Shown here: piece after piece, positions 9,031 through 18,114 of the stretch
Position numbering within the stretch: position 1 is the stretch's first letter
How the letters are laid out: each line of letters opens with the position of its first letter
Source of the DNA: Blastocatellia bacterium
Lineage (GTDB): Bacteria > Acidobacteriota > Blastocatellia > Pyrinomonadales > Pyrinomonadaceae
DNA: 29,187 bases
NCBI GenBank assembly: GCA_013695495.1
Contig: JACDAK010000139.1
Location: 1 to 29,187 of the forward strand
Direction of reading: 5' to 3'
The notes under the pieces: model-generated
What the model was told of the DNA's origin: nothing
The model's database searches: none
What the model saw: the letters and a program-made list of their open reading frames with translations, nothing else
Made by a program: the position numbers and the translations under genes

Positions 9031-9090
9031 CTTAGCGCATGGCCGCGGGTTTTGAGTTAGAATTGAGTTGACGAGGGGGTTTGGACGAGC

Positions 9091-10155
9091 ATGGGTAATG
9101 ATCAAGCCGGGGTTTCAGATAAGAAGGCGCGCGAAATGGCTGAGCGGGGCCGCCGATCGAAATGGTGGCGACGTCTCGGCTCGATGAAGAGCGGCTTTTG
9201 GTATCAGGACGCCGGCGGTAACCGCATCGACGATGAAGAGGGCCTTGAAAGGATAAAGAGGCTCGTAATCCCGCCCGCGTGGAAGTACGTTCGGATCTCG
9301 CCCTCAAAGAGCGGCAGGCTGCAGGCTGTAGGCATCGACACAACCGGCCGTATTCAATATCTCTACCACCCTGCCTTCGTTCGCAGCCAAGAGCGAAAGA
9401 AGTTCGCGAAGATCGAAGATTTTGGCCGGCATCTGCCTAAGCTGCGAGCGAAGACCAATGAGGACATGGCCCTCGAAGGGTTCCCAAGAGAAAAGGTCAT
9501 GGCGATCATGATGCGTTTAATCAACTCTCTCTATTTTCGCGTAGGCACTGAAAAAAGCGTAGAAAAGCATAAAACCTACGGCATCACCACCTTTCACAAT
9601 AAGCACCTAACCATCGGCGAAAAGGGCGAGCTGACGTTTGAGTTTGTCGGAAAGAGCCACATCAAGCATAGAAAGATCTTGGTTGATGAAGAACTCGCCG
9701 AGTTGATGAAAGACCTCAAAAAGCTCGGTAAGGTCGGCAAGCTTTTTCACTATATTGGTGACAATGGCAAACCCAAGGCCGTCACGCCGGCAGACCTGAA
9801 CCGTTACATCAAAGAGGCAATTGATGCCGATTTCACTGCGAAAGATTTTCGCACCTGGGGAGGAACTCTGTTGGCCGCGACAGAACTTGCTGAGATCGGC
9901 TGCACCGACATCGAAAAAGAGATCCAAACGAATATAGTCGCTGCGGTCAAGCGGGTCGCCGAGCAGCTCGGGAATACACCCGCAGTCTGTCGCGCGTCCT
10001 ATATTCACCCCCTCGTGATCGAATCATATTGCAAAGGCACGTCCATCGCCGAGTTTCAGCCGCGCCGTTCACGTCGCATCACACGGATCGAACACGACTT
10101 TGAACCGGAGGAAAGAGCGCTATTGAAGCTACTCGAAAACGGCACCGGAAAATAA
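9091..10155 (+). CDS. Bacterial DNA topoisomerase IB
   Basis: IPPAW, GRIQYLYH, FRVG (Arg), FVGKSH (Lys), KDFRTW (Arg), LGNTPAVCRASYI (Asn plus catalytic Tyr): the catalytic pentad is intact. Confidence 0.92.
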   Translation: MGNDQAGVSDKKAREMAERGRRSKWWRRLGSMKSGFWYQDAGGNRIDDEEGLERIKRLVIPPAWKYVRISPSKSGRLQAVGIDTTGRIQYLYHPAFVRSQERKKFAKIEDFGRHLPKLRAKTNEDMALEGFPREKVMAIMMRLINSLYFRVGTEKSVEKHKTYGITTFHNKHLTIGEKGELTFEFVGKSHIKHRKILVDEELAELMKDLKKLGKVGKLFHYIGDNGKPKAVTPADLNRYIKEAIDADFTAKDFRTWGGTLLAATELAEIGCTDIEKEIQTNIVAAVKRVAEQLGNTPAVCRASYIHPLVIESYCKGTSIAEFQPRRSRRITRIEHDFEPEERALLKLLENGTGK

Positions 10156-10179
10156 AAAGCCGGCTCCTAAGGCCGGCTT
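10153..10179 (-). terminator. Intrinsic terminator for the DUF3857 operon (possibly bidirectional)
   Basis: AAGCCGGC-TCCTAAG-GCCGGCTT hairpin with an A-run on its left (T-run on -), between convergent genes. Confidence 0.7.
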
Positions 10180-10198
10180 GCATCACGATGTTAGACGA

Positions 10199-12157
10199 TT
10201 ACTTCTTAATAAGGACGACGGCTCCTTGCTCCGCATCCAACATTTTTGCGAAAAAGCTTCGAACGCTTTCATATTCCGATGAGGGGATCTGAGCCCGCTT
10301 CGTCTCCAGCGTCCGCGTAAAATGCAGTTTGCCTTCCACAACTTCAAACTGCGTTCGATAACTTCCAAACGCCGCTTCCAGAGTTATAGGCGTCGGCATT
10401 TCATCAATTTCGAAACCCTCCGGCAACGAAAACACGGCCGTCTCTTTCATCATGCGAGAATGAAGCTGCACGGGATGTGCTCTCTCTTTTTCCGTGAGTG
10501 CCACCGCATTTCTTCGGCCCACCACTACGGGCTTGAAAACCAGCAGCCGTCCCTGCATCACCTGGCCGTAGCGAGGCGTGGCAAATCGCACGTTTAGATC
10601 GAAAGCCGCATCGCGGGGTTTGTCGTCCATTGAAAGATCGATCAACTTAGCTCCGGTCGCACCGCGTGTCAGCCACCCCTCGATCGCTTTGCGATAGTCG
10701 GTCGCAGAGAGTTGCCGCACTTCGCTGCGAAACGCAGTCGAAGACTGGCCGCTTGCACGTTCGAAAATACGTCCGGTCAATTCACCGCTCGCATCGATCT
10801 TGGCATCGATCTTCCGTTCAAGCAGATCGGCATCCGGCGGCGTCACCGGCATTGCAGCCAAACCACCCCTTTCACCGGCAATGATCAGTCCATAGCTCCC
10901 TTGAAGATAATCGGGAAGATCACCCACGGGCGTAAATGGATCGGTCGCGTCGAAAATGAGCAGCCGGCCGAGGGCCGGGTGATCGATAACAGTCGACGAG
11001 ATGGTCGAATCGCTAACTTTAACCGCGATTATGCAATGGTTGAACTGCCGCGGCGACGCCCACTCCGCACGAACATACGTTGGATCTCCGGAATATATAG
11101 CTATCGGATACGCGTCGATGCCGAGCGTTTTCAGCATCGCCCGCATCAGGTTTGCTTTGTCCTTACAGTCGCCGTATCCCCGGTTCATCACAAGCGACGA
11201 TGACCTCGGTTTATAGCCGTTCCCATGTCCGACCCCGATATCGATTGAGATGTACTGCAAATTCTGAACGAAATGCCCGATGGCACTTATCTTCTCAAAT
11301 TCGGTCTTAAGGCCTGTAGTCAGCTCCAGGGCCTTTCGCGTGATCGTGTCGTCGATCACAACCTGCGGATCGTACAAAGCGGTAGCCCAGCGCGACACGT
11401 CAATCCAATCAGCAAACGCCCGATTTACCGTATTCGAACCGGATCGCGGCGAGTAGTTAACGGCGATTCGCGGCGCGAGGTTCACAATTGCGGGACTCAT
11501 CGGCTCGGGCGGAATAGGTGCGAGGTTTCGCAGCTCCCACACATAGTTGTTGCCGGACACGGACGGCTGAACATCAGCATGGTTAAAAGTTTGACTGCTA
11601 GCAGTCCAATCGCGCGGAAGGCTCAGAGTATAGCGAGAAACTATCGTCGGTAAGCGACCCTGGAACTGCCAGATGTCCTGATAAAAGAGCGGGCTGTCTT
11701 CGGAAAGCACCGTATAGCCAAAAACATCGCCCGTTTGTGCATCACGCGAACCATCGATCACTTTCAGGCGACCTTCGTTGTAAACGTCATCCGCATCCGC
11801 GATCACATCGATGATCGACTTTTTGTCATATGTCGTGACCGAGCCGTTCGGTTTGATCAGCCACGCCTCGATCTCGCGAACCCGGCCCGAACTTACAAGA
11901 TAGAAAGCCCGGGCGATCGCAAAACTACGACCCTCGCGATCGAGGAGTTTGACCGCGTAGTTTTCTCGGGTTGTTATCTTGCCGTCTGTGCCTAGCGTTA
12001 CGTGCTCTTCGTCATGCAGAACAACCGCAGGAACGTCACGGGCATACGCTGGACTCGGATACGACGCGGCACTTTTGAGCCATGCCGGGGGATTTGCGCT
12101 CGCTGTTAATGCCAGGGCCAAAAACAACGCGCCGACAGAAAACGCTCTGAAAAACAT
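10199..12157 (-). CDS. Secreted DUF3857 + transglutaminase-like domain protein, catalytic triad intact
   Basis: Signal peptide and AAGGAGG SD. RGYGDCKDKA (Cys), QFNHCI (His), IFDAT (Asp). Confidence 0.85.
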   Translation of the reverse strand: MFFRAFSVGALFLALALTASANPPAWLKSAASYPSPAYARDVPAVVLHDEEHVTLGTDGKITTRENYAVKLLDREGRSFAIARAFYLVSSGRVREIEAWLIKPNGSVTTYDKKSIIDVIADADDVYNEGRLKVIDGSRDAQTGDVFGYTVLSEDSPLFYQDIWQFQGRLPTIVSRYTLSLPRDWTASSQTFNHADVQPSVSGNNYVWELRNLAPIPPEPMSPAIVNLAPRIAVNYSPRSGSNTVNRAFADWIDVSRWATALYDPQVVIDDTITRKALELTTGLKTEFEKISAIGHFVQNLQYISIDIGVGHGNGYKPRSSSLVMNRGYGDCKDKANLMRAMLKTLGIDAYPIAIYSGDPTYVRAEWASPRQFNHCIIAVKVSDSTISSTVIDHPALGRLLIFDATDPFTPVGDLPDYLQGSYGLIIAGERGGLAAMPVTPPDADLLERKIDAKIDASGELTGRIFERASGQSSTAFRSEVRQLSATDYRKAIEGWLTRGATGAKLIDLSMDDKPRDAAFDLNVRFATPRYGQVMQGRLLVFKPVVVGRRNAVALTEKERAHPVQLHSRMMKETAVFSLPEGFEIDEMPTPITLEAAFGSYRTQFEVVEGKLHFTRTLETKRAQIPSSEYESVRSFFAKMLDAEQGAVVLIKK

Positions 12158-12178
12158 TAAGTAAGCCTCCTTGAGAAG

Positions 12179-12206
12179 TGAGCCCGGGCTTGTAAACCCG
12201 GGCTCA
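12179..12206. other. Intercistronic 10-bp GC hairpin without T-tract
   Basis: TGAGCCCGGG-CTTGTAAA-CCCGGGCTCA between the two DUF3857 genes. Confidence 0.7.
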
Positions 12207-12212
12207 TGTTAA

Positions 12213-14189
12213 CTATCTGGGTGCGCGAAGAGCTAGTGCGTGAGTGTCAGCTTTGTGAAACCCATCGAAAAGCATTTTGACCGCCGGGTATGACTGAACC
12301 GGAAACAGGGTCGCACCCCCACCGCCAAAGTGGAAGGTTCGGGAGAAGCTCAACGTGTTTGCCTCTCGATCGACCCCCATGTTGATCTTTAAGCTGCCGA
12401 TATTTTGCGGATCGGTCAGATCCGCCGGCGCATCTGCATTGTCCAGCTCGAACCCTTTCGGCAACTGGATCTCGACGTCGTCTTTTTCTGCCCACGGGTA
12501 TGGGAAGTGGACGCTGTAGGTTCTTGTCGCCGATGAGAAGACGGGAGTTGAACCATACTCGAAGAAGCCGGGCTGTAGAATAAGTCGGCTACCTGCGCGT
12601 TGAGCATAACCGGGGATGCGGACATCGAATGTGTACGTGAGTGGTTTCATCGGATCGTCAAAATTGGTGATCGAAAGCTGTGTGATCTCCGCAGTACTGA
12701 CGCGCGACTTGAACTCCTCTTTGAAATTTTCTTCTCGCTTCACCTGGGAATCGCGAAACTCCTCACGCCGCCTGCCGGTGGCTTGGTGACCGGTATAGGC
12801 GATCGTGACCTTTCCGCTTAGAGTTCCGTCTTCGCTAAGGCGGAGTCTTGCGGTCCGATTAGCAGCCGACGCCGAATAGCCGGCTTTACCTGTGGTCTTC
12901 CAAATGTAGGAACCGTTCTCACCGATCATCATCGAATTAACGCCCTCCTTGTACCACGCCATCTGTTCAAAGCCAAGATACGGTATTCCCGGATTGAAAA
13001 AGCGCCAGTCGTTGCGAACTTTCACCGCGACGCAAGTGGGTTCGATGAATGAGCGGAACGGGTACTTATCCGGGGAAAAGAAATTTTCCCGGCGATCGGC
13101 CGACATGACAAAATTCACTTCGTATCCCGCGGCCTTGGCTAGTGAGGCAAAGAGCATTTCGACCATCACCGCATTGCCCATACCTCGTTTCATGACCTCA
13201 CTCGCGCTCTTTGCTTTTACCTTGTCGCGCTCATCATCGGTCATCGAGCTATCAAACGTGATATTCCGTATCTGTTTCTGGGTGTAATCGTATAGCCGCC
13301 TCAGCTTCTCATCATCGCTAGCTGCTCCGGCAATCAACTGTTCCGCTTTTTCACGGATCTCTTTATTGGGTTTGACCATATCCTTGAACACGGTGCCCCA
13401 CGTGCCGCTTACGAAGGGCCAAACAAGTAGGTTGCCCCAAGTGTTATAAGTGATGTACGCCCACTGGCGAACCTCGTCGTCCGGCGGCATGTACGGCTCT
13501 TCTTTATAGGCGGGTACGTTATACAGGGTGGCTACCTGAAAGCCCTTTTTATCGTCAGCGAACCGACCCTCAGGCAGATTGTACCAATTGAATTTTACGG
13601 TGGACCTTCCGTAGGGCCGCACATAATAAGAAACCTTTTGTAACGGTATGTCGCGCTGAAAGATCAACCGCTCTCCCGTCAGAGAGTCGTCGCGGATGTG
13701 CTCCGTATACTGATATTCGACGATCGCTCCGATCTCGATACCCGGAATCGCAAACGATTTCGCCATATACCGCGACTTGCCGCGTCGGGCGACCTCGCGT
13801 TCAAAGATGTCGCCGGACTGAAGCTCAACGATAGAACCGTCTGGCTTGATAACGCGTGCGGCTACATCCGCGATACGTTTTCCTTTCGTGAACGGAATAT
13901 CCATTTTGCTGAACTGTTCACGGCCGCGTTCGGTGAAGATCTTTACGCGAACATAATGCTCGATCGAAAGACGCGAGGAGTTCTTGTCATCTAACCTCGT
14001 TTCCCAAAAGATGGCTTCTGCGTCCGCTCCCGGCTCGACCTTGGGCTTGCTTAATGTAAGCTCGCCAGGGGTAACGGGTCGCCACTCAACCTTACTGGGG
14101 TTCGAAGCGACGGCGTGGCTCGCGAAAATAAAATACACAACGGCGAAGGCCAAACAGTGCCGTGCCTTTAGAAGGGGGAAGTACTTCAT
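12213..14189 (-). CDS. Secreted DUF3857/transglutaminase-like paralog, catalytic triad apparently lost
   Basis: Start MKYFPLLK at 14189 (GAGGT SD). Signal peptide. YVRVKIFTERGRE, IGAIVEYQY. RGMGNAVMV replaces RGYGDCKDK; no FNH motif; FFNPG replaces FDAT. Confidence 0.8.
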   Translation of the reverse strand: MKYFPLLKARHCLAFAVVYFIFASHAVASNPSKVEWRPVTPGELTLSKPKVEPGADAEAIFWETRLDDKNSSRLSIEHYVRVKIFTERGREQFSKMDIPFTKGKRIADVAARVIKPDGSIVELQSGDIFEREVARRGKSRYMAKSFAIPGIEIGAIVEYQYTEHIRDDSLTGERLIFQRDIPLQKVSYYVRPYGRSTVKFNWYNLPEGRFADDKKGFQVATLYNVPAYKEEPYMPPDDEVRQWAYITYNTWGNLLVWPFVSGTWGTVFKDMVKPNKEIREKAEQLIAGAASDDEKLRRLYDYTQKQIRNITFDSSMTDDERDKVKAKSASEVMKRGMGNAVMVEMLFASLAKAAGYEVNFVMSADRRENFFSPDKYPFRSFIEPTCVAVKVRNDWRFFNPGIPYLGFEQMAWYKEGVNSMMIGENGSYIWKTTGKAGYSASAANRTARLRLSEDGTLSGKVTIAYTGHQATGRRREEFRDSQVKREENFKEEFKSRVSTAEITQLSITNFDDPMKPLTYTFDVRIPGYAQRAGSRLILQPGFFEYGSTPVFSSATRTYSVHFPYPWAEKDDVEIQLPKGFELDNADAPADLTDPQNIGSLKINMGVDREANTLSFSRTFHFGGGGATLFPVQSYPAVKMLFDGFHKADTHALALRAPR

Positions 14190-14460
14190 ATCTACCTCAA
14201 AATTTATGTTAGGACTGACTATTAGGTTTGCTACGATCGTGAAAGATCGAGATACACAAAGAAATGACAAAATTGTCGGCATTTCCAATAGGGTTTATGA
14301 AGTATACGAGCAATAAAGCCAAAAAATCAATTAAAATCATTTCCGATGAGCCCCCGGGGGGGCGGCTAAACGAGCTAGCTGGATCTAACTATTGTATATT
14401 CGATACTTAACGTCGATGTACGGAGTTTGCCACGAAAGGATGAGACGCAGCAATTGAGTA

Positions 14461-14469
14461 TGATATAAT
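14461..14469 (+). promoter_or_regulatory. Extended -10 promoter for fbaB
   Basis: TG-A-TATAAT is a perfect extended -10, about 40 nt upstream of the ATG. Confidence 0.6.
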
Positions 14470-14508
14470 CCCGCAAATCTGCATTTTAATTATTTGAGGA
14501 GAGACTTA

Positions 14509-15585
14509 ATGTCGATTGATTTCAATAAGATCGAGGAACTCTTGGGCGAAGATGCCGAGAGCCTTCTAAATCATACTTCGCACACTATAGTTAAGGAGCA
14601 TCTTTATTTGCCGGGCGGCGATTTTGTTGACCGTGTAGTCTCAGAGAGCGATCGGACGCCGAGCGTCATGCGTTCCATGCAGGCGATCTTTAGTCACGGC
14701 CGGCTTGCGGAGACCGGATACGTTTCGATATTACCGGTCGATCAGGGGATTGAACATTCCGCGGGCGCCAGCTTTGCCCCGAACCCGGAGTATTTCGACC
14801 CGGCGAAGATCGTTGAGCTTGCGATCGAAGGCGGCTGTAACGCCGTTGCATCAACCTATGGAGTACTCGGCTCAGTTGCTCGAAAGTACGCACACAAGAT
14901 CCCGTTCATCGTCAAAGTTAATCATAACGAGCTTTTGACGCTCCCTAATCGCTTTGATCAGGTCATGTACGGGTCGGTGCAGCAGGTCAGGGACATGGGT
15001 GCAGTCGCCGTCGGTGCCACCATCTATTTCGGCTCCGACGAATCGACGCGTCAGATCTCAGAGGTCGCAGAGGCATTTTCTTTTGCTCACGAGCTCGGCC
15101 TGGCCACAGTTCTCTGGTGCTATCTCAGAAATCCCAAGTTCAAAACGGCCGACGGCGACATGCATACCGCGGCAGATCTTACGGGGCAGGCAAACCACCT
15201 CGGCGTCACCATCCAGGCCGACATCATCAAACAGAAACTGCCTGAGCGAAACGGCGGTTACAATGCGTTGAACATTGAAAGCAGCTACGGCAAGACGAAC
15301 AAGAAGATCTACGAAGAGTTGACCACCGACAACCCGATCGATCTCGTGCGATATCAGGTAGCGAACTGTTATATGGGCCGGGCCGGGCTGATCAACTCCG
15401 GCGGCGAATCAAAAGGCGAAAGTGATCTGGCGGATGCCGTCCGCACTGCGGTTATCAACAAACGCGGAGGCGGCACGGGACTAATATCCGGCCGCAAGGC
15501 GTTCCAACGGCCAATGAACGAAGGCGTTCAGCTCCTCAACGCCATTCAGGACGTTTACCTCTCAAAAGAGATAACCGTCGCGTAG
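14509..15585 (+). CDS. fbaB: Class I fructose-bisphosphate aldolase
   Basis: [47 protein letters not shown] (Schiff-base Lys), [12 protein letters not shown]. Confidence 0.95.
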   Translation: MSIDFNKIEELLGEDAESLLNHTSHTIVKEHLYLPGGDFVDRVVSESDRTPSVMRSMQAIFSHGRLAETGYVSILPVDQGIEHSAGASFAPNPEYFDPAKIVELAIEGGCNAVASTYGVLGSVARKYAHKIPFIVKVNHNELLTLPNRFDQVMYGSVQQVRDMGAVAVGATIYFGSDESTRQISEVAEAFSFAHELGLATVLWCYLRNPKFKTADGDMHTAADLTGQANHLGVTIQADIIKQKLPERNGGYNALNIESSYGKTNKKIYEELTTDNPIDLVRYQVANCYMGRAGLINSGGESKGESDLADAVRTAVINKRGGGTGLISGRKAFQRPMNEGVQLLNAIQDVYLSKEITVA

Positions 15586-15609
15586 TACAACGCTCGACGT
15601 CACAACATT

Positions 15610-15643
15610 AAAGAGGCCCCGAACCGAAGGGCCTCTTTTCTTT
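15610..15643. terminator. Bidirectional intrinsic terminator
   Basis: AAAGAGGCCC-N9-GGGCCTCTTT followed by TCTTT, between convergent genes. Confidence 0.8.
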
Positions 15644-15660
15644 CTTAGTTGAAATATCGA

Positions 15661-16563
15661 TCACTTTGCAGAATAGCTCTGATAAACGATCTCGATCCAC
15701 ATATCCGTCTTTATGAAACCGGAACCGGCCTCCTTGAACTTCTCGGGGAAACCCGCGCTTTTGATCTCGTCGATCGTCTTCCCCGCCTTCATTCCATCCT
15801 GAACGATCTTTGCCGACTCGACCACCAGCGAGTGGTATTCCTTAAGATCTGAAAGCGAAGCTAACGGCCCATGGCCGGGGATCAGCTTCGCATCGGCCGG
15901 GATCGTCTGGATCAGAGCCGCGACATTGTTGATCAGACCCTGAACGTTACCGCCGCTCGCCAAGTCCACAAATGGAAACCGGCCAACGAAAAAATCGTCA
16001 CCCAGATGAACCACATTAGCTTTCTTAAAGAAAATGATCGAATCCCCATCGGTATGACCTGACGGATAGTGAACAACCTTGATCTCTTCACCGTTGAGGT
16101 GAATTGTGATGCTTTCAGCGTACGTCAGGATCGGCAGAGCGAAAGCCGGATATGGCGCAGGCCGTGAGCCGAAGATCATTGGCGGGTCGATCAATCGCTT
16201 CCGCACATTATCGTGCGCGATGATCGTCCCGGTCTTGCCGAATACGTTATTGCCCTCGGTATGATCACCATGCCAGTGCGTATTCAGGATAAATCGAGGC
16301 GTCGGTGAACCAAGCTCCTTTAATGCCGTCGAGAGTTTCTCACTGACAGTTCTATAATCATCATCGACAATCAGCAGCCCCTCGGGCCCCGTCAGAACCC
16401 CAATGTTCCCGCCCCTCCCCTGCAGCATGTATACATTGTCCGTGATCTTTACCGTGCGGACATTGATGTCCTGCGAAGCATGAAAATGGCTATTGTCGCC
16501 ATGGCCAAAGACCGTAAGCGGTGCGAGAGCGAGGGAAAGGAAAAATATCGGTAGTTTTCGCAT
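15661..16563 (-). CDS. Secreted MBL-fold metallo-hydrolase (cyclase-like subgroup)
   Basis: Start MRKLPIFF at 16563 (GGAG SD). Signal peptide. THWHGDHTEGN, GHTDGD, HLGD, IPGHG. Confidence 0.85.
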   Translation of the reverse strand: MRKLPIFFLSLALAPLTVFGHGDNSHFHASQDINVRTVKITDNVYMLQGRGGNIGVLTGPEGLLIVDDDYRTVSEKLSTALKELGSPTPRFILNTHWHGDHTEGNNVFGKTGTIIAHDNVRKRLIDPPMIFGSRPAPYPAFALPILTYAESITIHLNGEEIKVVHYPSGHTDGDSIIFFKKANVVHLGDDFFVGRFPFVDLASGGNVQGLINNVAALIQTIPADAKLIPGHGPLASLSDLKEYHSLVVESAKIVQDGMKAGKTIDEIKSAGFPEKFKEAGSGFIKTDMWIEIVYQSYSAK

Positions 16564-16579
16564 AGTCTTTCTCCAATGA

Positions 16580-17269
16580 TCAAATGTAGCGGCCGCCTGC
16601 GGCATGGCTGCCGGTCAAAAACGGATTCGTCATTCGTTCATGGCCCACGGTAGTCTCTGGCCCATGCCCCGAATATACGGTGAAATCGTCGCCAAGCGAG
16701 AGAATATTCTCTGTTATCGACTCGATCAACTGCGGATGGCTCCCGCCCGGCAGGTCCGAACGGCCGACCGAACCCAAAAAGAGGCAGTCGCCCACGAACA
16801 CGGTCTGGTGCGTCTTTTCTGCCAGCACCACATGCCCCGGCGTGTGGCCTGGGCAGTGAAGCACATCGAATTTCAGCTCGCCAACCTCATAAACCTCGCC
16901 GTGTTCCCAGTTTCGCGTCAGCTTAGGAGGATCGTCGTAATCTAGCCCCAGCGCCTTTAACTGCTTTTGTTGCAGCCCCATCATCAGCGGCTGCTGCGGC
17001 AATCCGAAGTACAGCGGCTCATCAAGCTTATGTAGAAGTATCTCGGCCCCGGGGTGCGCTGCCGCAAGAGCGGCAGTCCCCCCAACGTGGTCTAGGTGCC
17101 CGTGAGTGAGCGCGATCGCCTGGAGCTCAAGATCATTAGACCGTAAGAATTCCGTGAGCTCATCCGACCTTTCACCGGGATCGATACAGATCGCACGGCG
17201 TGTCTCTTCGCACGCGACGATACGGGTGTTCTGTTGAAATGCGGTTAGTACAAATCTCTCAATCAGCAT
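16580..17269 (-). CDS. MBL-fold metallo-hydrolase (glyoxalase II/YcbL-like)
   Basis: IDPG, THGHLDHVGG, CPGHTPGH, VGDCLF..SVGRSDLPGG, YSGHGPETT. Confidence 0.88.
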   Translation of the reverse strand: MLIERFVLTAFQQNTRIVACEETRRAICIDPGERSDELTEFLRSNDLELQAIALTHGHLDHVGGTAALAAAHPGAEILLHKLDEPLYFGLPQQPLMMGLQQKQLKALGLDYDDPPKLTRNWEHGEVYEVGELKFDVLHCPGHTPGHVVLAEKTHQTVFVGDCLFLGSVGRSDLPGGSHPQLIESITENILSLGDDFTVYSGHGPETTVGHERMTNPFLTGSHAAGGRYI

Positions 17270-17561
17270 CGCTTGTCATCTCATCAAGATATGGGGCAAC
17301 GTCAAACGGTTCCGAACGCCGAGCGGTGACGATATAAGCGATCGCGTCACGGTAGGTCGCGGAATCCGGCGTACCGGTAAAGCAGGGCGTTTCAAGCTCA
17401 GATAAACTCAAATAGTTTATCAAAACCCCCAACAACATCCACAGTAATGTCACCTCGCGGGTCCCGATCGGGTTGTGTTCAACAATGGACTCCGCGTCGA
17501 GCCGTATTCCGCGGCAAAGGCTCGCAAACTCTTTTTCGGAAATTCGATGCATTACCTTCAT
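17259..17561 (-). CDS. Hypothetical protein (~100 aa); start uncertain (17573 GTG, 17561 or 17552 ATG)
   Basis: ORF overlaps the start of the downstream MBL gene by 11 nt. Protein-like composition. No recognised motif. Confidence 0.65.
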   Translation of the reverse strand: MKVMHRISEKEFASLCRGIRLDAESIVEHNPIGTREVTLLWMLLGVLINYLSLSELETPCFTGTPDSATYRDAIAYIVTARRSEPFDVAPYLDEMTSDAD

Positions 17562-17865
17562 TGAAGCATACACTTTGAATTGATTTCGAACGCCAGTGAT
17601 TGGACGAATTCGCTGCGTGTATTGAATCGACGCGATGCAGTATTCCCGTCTTTAGCCGATCAAACAAAGCTTTTTGGGGCTTCTAATTATTTTTCGCCCC
17701 GTGCCGGCTGTGGCACGGTCGTTGCTAAATATTCGGCATCGGAAGGTAGATTTCTTATCTACGGAAGGACAACTGAAGATATCGCTTTAATCGGCGGTCG
17801 AGCAAGGGGCAGGTAGAACAAGGCAGGGGATCCTCCGAAAGATAAGGTGGTCGATAAAACGGCCC

Positions 17866-17950
17866 GAAAGTTTGGGAAAAGGCTCTAATTGCTTGGGGGA
17901 AATCTTCGAGTGTGGGCACGAAGACTAAGTTGAGCCTTTTCCCAATTTTC
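17866..17950 (+). ncRNA. Long hairpin, core of a candidate structured sRNA
   Basis: Perfect 14-bp stem TTGGGAAAAGGCTC/GAGCCTTTTCCCAA (17872-17945) enclosing CTTGG/CTAAG and TCTTCG-A-GTG-TGGG-CAC-GAAGA. G-U pairs favour the + strand. Confidence 0.4.
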
Positions 17951-18079
17951 ATTACAAGTTTGATCTTTGAAATTCACGGAACAGATGACTCTCCATCTAA
18001 CTTAATAGGGTGAACATTAATCTACGATAGAGCTCCCACTCCTTCTTTCTGAGCTTTTGTTTCGTGTTTTTCTGAGGGT

Positions 18080-18114
18080 AGCCGGGTACTTGTTAATTCA
18101 AGTGCCCGGTTTTT
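18080..18114 (+). terminator. + strand intrinsic terminator with no + strand CDS upstream
   Basis: AGCCGGGTACTTG-TTAATT-CAAGTGCCCGGTT, 13 bp with two G-U pairs, followed by TTTTT on +. It overlaps the stop codon of the - strand GNAT. Confidence 0.65.

Noticed and set aside
14187-14214. dif-like TTATGTTA arm
   Set aside because: No XerC arm (CATAA-type) at the correct spacing.
15661-16563. Metallo-beta-lactamase resistance gene call
   Set aside because: The HxHxDH fold is shared by many hydrolases, and no class B beta-lactamase-specific evidence is visible. Left as a generic MBL-fold protein.
17780-17920. Resemblance to the ydaO/c-di-AMP riboswitch (ATCGCTTTAATC...TGGGGGAAATC)
   Set aside because: The GGGGGACCC element and spacing do not match, and there is no co-oriented downstream gene.
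17886-17938. Possible integron attC (GCTCAAC...ATTAGAG on minus)
   Set aside because: R' lacks GTT, the L boxes are not complementary, the length is ~53 nt, and there is no integrase or cassette array.
17872-17945. MITE with 14-bp terminal inverted repeats
   Set aside because: No target-site duplication, no second copy in the window, and no transposase.
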